From assembly GCF_902713615.1 (NCBI RefSeq), contig NC_052161.1, positions 26,859,908 through 26,923,907 on the forward strand: 64,000 nt of DNA. Reading direction: 5' to 3'. The stretch comes from Scyliorhinus canicula. Lineage: Eukaryota. The translations under genes and the position numbers were made by a program. The notes beneath the pieces are model-generated. The model was not told where the DNA came from and searched no databases. It saw only the letters and a program-made list of their open reading frames with translations. Of the stretch, positions 59,752-64,000 are shown piece by piece (the stretch's first letter is position 1; the number at the start of each line of letters is the position of its first letter).

Positions 59752-62700
59752 CTTTTTAAAAAAATAATTTTTATTGGAATTTTTTGAAAAATATATATCA
59801 ACAAAACAATAATAACAATAACAATAATAGTAATAAACACCCCCCGGCACCCATAACAACACATATAACAAACCCCCCATCCCCCCAACCCCAATAAACA
59901 ACAGAATAAATTAACAATAAGCATATTAACTTAAACACTATCCCCCTAACCTCCCCCACTTCCCCCCCCCCCCCCCCCCCCCGGGTTGCTGCTGCTGCTG
60001 ACCTAGTACCTTATCGTTGAGCTAGAAAGTCGAGGAAAGGCTGCCACCTCCTAAAGAACCCTTGTACCGACCCCCTCAGGGCGAATTCGACCCTCTCCAG
60101 CTGAATGAATCCCGCCATGTCATTAATCCAGGTCTCCACGCTCGGAGGTCTCGCATCTTTCCACTGCAGCAAGATCCTCCGCTGGGCTACAAGGGACGCA
60201 AAGGCCAAGACATCGGCCTCTTTCGCCTCCTGCACTCCCGGCTCCACCCCAACCCCAAATATCGCGAGTCCCCAGCCTGGCTTGACCCTGGATCCCACCA
60301 CCCTCGACACCGTCCTCGCCACCCCCTTCCGGAACTGCTCCAGTGCCGGGCATGCCCAGAACATATGGGCATGGTTCGCTGGACTCCCCGAACACCTGAC
60401 GCACATGTCTTCTCCCCCAAAGAACCTACTCATCCTAGATCCAGACATGTGGGCCCGGTGCAGCACCTCGAACTGGATGAGACTAAGCCTCGCACATTAA
60501 GAGGAGAACTTCACCCTCTCCAGGGCGTCCGCCCATGTCCCCCCCTCAATCTGCTCCCCCAGCTCCATCTCCCACTTAGCCTTCAGCTCCTCTACCGACG
60601 CCTCCCCCACCTCCTGCATTACCTGGTAGATGTCAGACACCTTCCCAGCCCTGACCCACACCCCCAAAAGCACCCTATCCCTTACCCCCGGCGGGGGCAG
60701 CAAAGGGAACCCCTCCACCTGTCGCCTAGCAAACGCCTTGACCTGAAGGTACCTGAACATATTCCCCGGGGGGAGCTCAAACTTCTCCTCCAGTTCACCA
60801 AGGCTCGCAAACTTCCCGTCGATAAACAGGTCTCCCAACTTCCTAATGCCCGCCCTGTGCCACCCCAGGAACCCGCCATCCATGTTCCCTAGGACAAACC
60901 GGTGGTTCCCCCGCAGTGAGGCCTCCACCGAGCCCCCCACTTCCCCCCTGTGTCACCTCCACTGCCCCCAGATTTTGAGGGTAGCCGCCACCATCGGGCT
61001 CGTAGTGTACCTCGTTGGAGGGAGCGGCAGCGGCGCTGTTACCAGTGCCTTCAGGCTCGTGCCTCCACAGGACGCCATCTCTATCAGTTACCATGCTGCC
61101 CCCTACCCATCCATTACCAACTTACGTACCATCGAGATGTTAGCCGCCCAATAGTACCCAGAGAGGTTGGGCAGCGCCAGCCCCCCTCTATCCCTGCCCC
61201 GCTCCAAAAAGACCCTCCTTAACCTCGGAGTCCCGTGCGCCCAAACAAATCCCAGAATGCTGCTGTTCACCCTCCTAAAAAAGGCCCTCGGAACGAAAAT
61301 GGGGAGGCACTGAAACAAAAACAAAAACCTCGGGAGCACCGTCATTTTAACGGAATGTACGCTACCCGCCAACGACAACGGCAGCATGTCCCACCTTTTA
61401 AATTCCTCCTCCATCTGCTCCACCAACCTAGTAAAATTGAGCTTGTGCAGAGTCCCCCAGCTCCTAGCCACCTGAACCCCCAGGTACCTAAAACTCCTCA
61501 CTGCCCACTTTAGCGGGAGCCTACCAATCCCCTCCTCCTGATCTCCCGGGTGTACGACAAACAGCTCACTCTTGCCCAGGTTCAATTTATATCCCGAGAA
61601 ACTCCCGAACTCAGCAAGAATCTCCATCACCTCCGGCATTCCCCCCACCGGGTCTGCTACATACAACAGCAAATCGTCCGCATACAGCGACACTCTGTGC
61701 TCCTCCCCACCTCGCACCAAACCCCTCCACCTCCTCGACTCCCTGAGAGCCATGGCAAGAGGCTCAATTGCCAGTGCAAAAAGCAAGGGGGACAGGGGGC
61801 ACCCCTGCCTCGTCCCACGGTGGAGCCTGACGTACTTGGACCTCCTCCCATTTGTCGCTACACTCGCCATCGGGGCCTCGTACATCAACCTCACCCATTT
61901 AACAAACCCCACGCCAAACCCGAACCTCTCCAACACCTCCCACAAGTACCCCCACTCAACCCTGTCAAAGGCCTTCTCCGCATCCAATGCCACCACAATC
62001 TCCGCCTCTCCTTCTGCTGCCTGCATCATTATCACATTTAGCAGCCTTCGCACGTTAGCGTTCAGCTGCCTCCCCTTCACAAAACCCGTCTGATCTTCAT
62101 GTACCACCCCCGGCACCCAGTCCTCTATTCTAGTGGCCAAGATCTTCGCCAGCAACTTGGCGTCTACATTCACCAGTGAAATCGGCCTGTATGATCCGCA
62201 ATGCAAGGGGTCCTTATCACGCTTCAGGATCAGGAAGATTAGCGCCTGAGACATCGTCGGGGGCAGAACACCCCCCTCCCATGCCTCGATAAAGGCCCTG
62301 ACCAACAGGGGGCCCAGCAGGTCCGCATATTTCTTATAAAATTCAACCGGGAACCCATCCGGTCCCGGCGCCTTCCCCGACTGCATGTGCCCAATCCCAC
62401 TGACCAGCTCCTCCAACTCGATCACCGCCCCCAGTCCCTCCACCTGCTCCTCCTGCACCCTTGAAAATCGGAGCCTGTCCAAAAAACTCTCCATTCCCCC
62501 TCCCACCGCCGGCGGCTCCGACCGGTACAGTTCCCTATAGAAGTCCCTAAAGACCTCATTGACCTCTGCCCCCTGCTGCACCACATTCCCATCTCTATCC
62601 TTCACTCCACCAATCTCCCTAGCCGCGTCCCGCTTACGAAGCTGGTGTGCCAGCATCCTGCTCGCTTTCTCTCCATACTCATAGACCGCTCCCTGCGCCT

Positions 62701-62861
62701 TCCTCCACTGTGTCTCCGCCTTTCTGGTGGTCAATAAATCAAACTTGGCCTGCAAGCTACGCCGCTCCCCCAGCAATCCCTCCTCCAGTGCCTCCGTGTA
62801 CCTCCTATCACACTCAACAGCTCCTTCACCAGTCTCTCCCTCTCCCTCCTCTCCCTCCTCT
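59752..62861 (-). mobile_element. 5'-truncated L1-clade LINE (ORF2 RT plus CCHC domain)
   Basis: KAPGPDG, LDAEKAFDRV, RQGCPLSPLLF, YADD and C-terminal CxxC..H..WAC. The three ORF pieces share one frame and are split by point stops. A-rich 3' end and 14-bp TSD CTATATGCGCAATG. Confidence 0.93.
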
Positions 62862-64000
62862 CTATATGCGCAATGTTGATGGAATTGCTGCAAAGTCCCC
62901 CAATGGTTCCTTGATATGGGGTTGGGGGTGAGAGGGGGGAAGATTAGCTATAACTGTCTGATGGATCTGTATTTTGTTAACATATCTATGTGTCGCCGCA
63001 CTATATATCAATCATACAGATCTCGAGACTGAGCTTGAGTGAAGTCAAGAATATTTTTATTTATGTCAGGTTCAAAGTCTATTGGTCAATTCAAATTTCA
63101 TACGAAGACAGAATTTAAAAAGTTGTTTGTCCAACGCAAATACAGGCGATTGAGTCGAATTCGAGATACAATTCAGTTTGCAAAATGCATGATGCAAAAC
63201 TGGAATGAAAGTAAGTAGCTGTTTACAAAGCAAAGTAGAAATAGGTTTCGTGGGTTAGGTTAAGATGAATTCCGAGAGAGCGCAAACGTTTTCTCCTGGT
63301 CTCTTAAAGAAATCATAATCTTTTTTAGACTCTGTCCCCGTTCTGACTGTGATTGGGTTAAAATAATTATTCTTCATATAATTGACCGAAAATGTATGTC
63401 CATCATGTTTTAAGAGATAATTTGCCATGGGAAAATTTCTCTATGTTTCTATAATATGGTGTGGTCGGACCACCTGCTTTATCGCCATATTCTCGAGAAC
63501 TGGGAGGTTTGCCCCACTAATGATAACAATGCAATGTGGATAGCCAAATACTGACTACCTTATCAGATCTTTCTCATGCTCTCAACATTTTCTGCTGTCC
63601 TGGCTTATTCTGAACCCTTTATTACCCATAATAAAGTAGGTTCCTATCACCGTCACCACCAGTGTTAAAATTATCAATGTAAACGGGACAAATGTCCAGC
63701 AAAAGAAAGCTCTGTTTCTGCCTGTGCACAAACAAATGTATCCTGCTTTTACGGAGCCCAAGAACTTTGGGGTTAAGGTATAAAGAAATAGTCACAAGAG
63801 CTCAAAAGCGTATACATACAAGACTTCTTATGTAGTTAAGTTGAGTTTCTACAACATGATCACTCAAACGGGAGAAGAGCTACTTTGAAGCAAGTGGCAG
63901 ATCAATATCAAATGTCTGATGAAAATGAATTGTAGATCTTCAGAGAGAGGTACATCATGTTATTTTATGTAAATTCAAAACAGCTGTCTTTATCCAAGGT

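Noticed and set aside
60062-62093. Long + strand ORFs
   Set aside because: Antisense shadows of the GC-rich L1 ORF2
61103-62893. 596-aa ORF as an intact or domesticated gene
   Set aside because: It starts at a TTG in flanking DNA beyond the TSD; it is a 5'-truncated L1 ORF2 without endonuclease and with premature stops
1-64000. CRISPR array or prokaryotic-type defence system
   Set aside because: Eukaryotic intron and TE landscape; no regularly spaced repeats or operon-like ORFs

Overview
Vertebrate genomic DNA, most likely an elasmobranch (shark; inferred from HE1/V-SINE-like, CR1, Deu-SINE and Harbinger repeat families). The only host gene I can support is the 5' half of habp2 (hyaluronan-binding protein 2 / factor VII-activating protease) on the minus strand. 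I read six phase-compatible coding exons: signal peptide 30163-30095, a 19-nt microexon 29159-29141, an acidic exon 20343-20275, and three EGF exons at 5637-5530, 4462-4346 and 2872-2753. A TATA/HNF1-like promoter lies just upstream; the kringle and protease exons must lie left of the window. The rest is largely transposable elements: a Gmr1-type Gypsy with integrase before RT, two full-length decayed Gypsy proviruses (one about 400 bp upstream of the habp2 ATG, one nested in a hAT relic and holding a solo LTR plus a SINE), a 5'-truncated L1-clade LINE, CR1/L2-type fragments, PIF/Harbinger relics and MITEs, about 20 tRNA-derived SINEs and a TG-rich satellite. I see no clear new multi-gene system. 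The most notable points are the compact shark FSAP N-terminus, the RNase H-less Gmr1-type element, and a SINE subfamily that appears to have switched to L1-type mobilisation.
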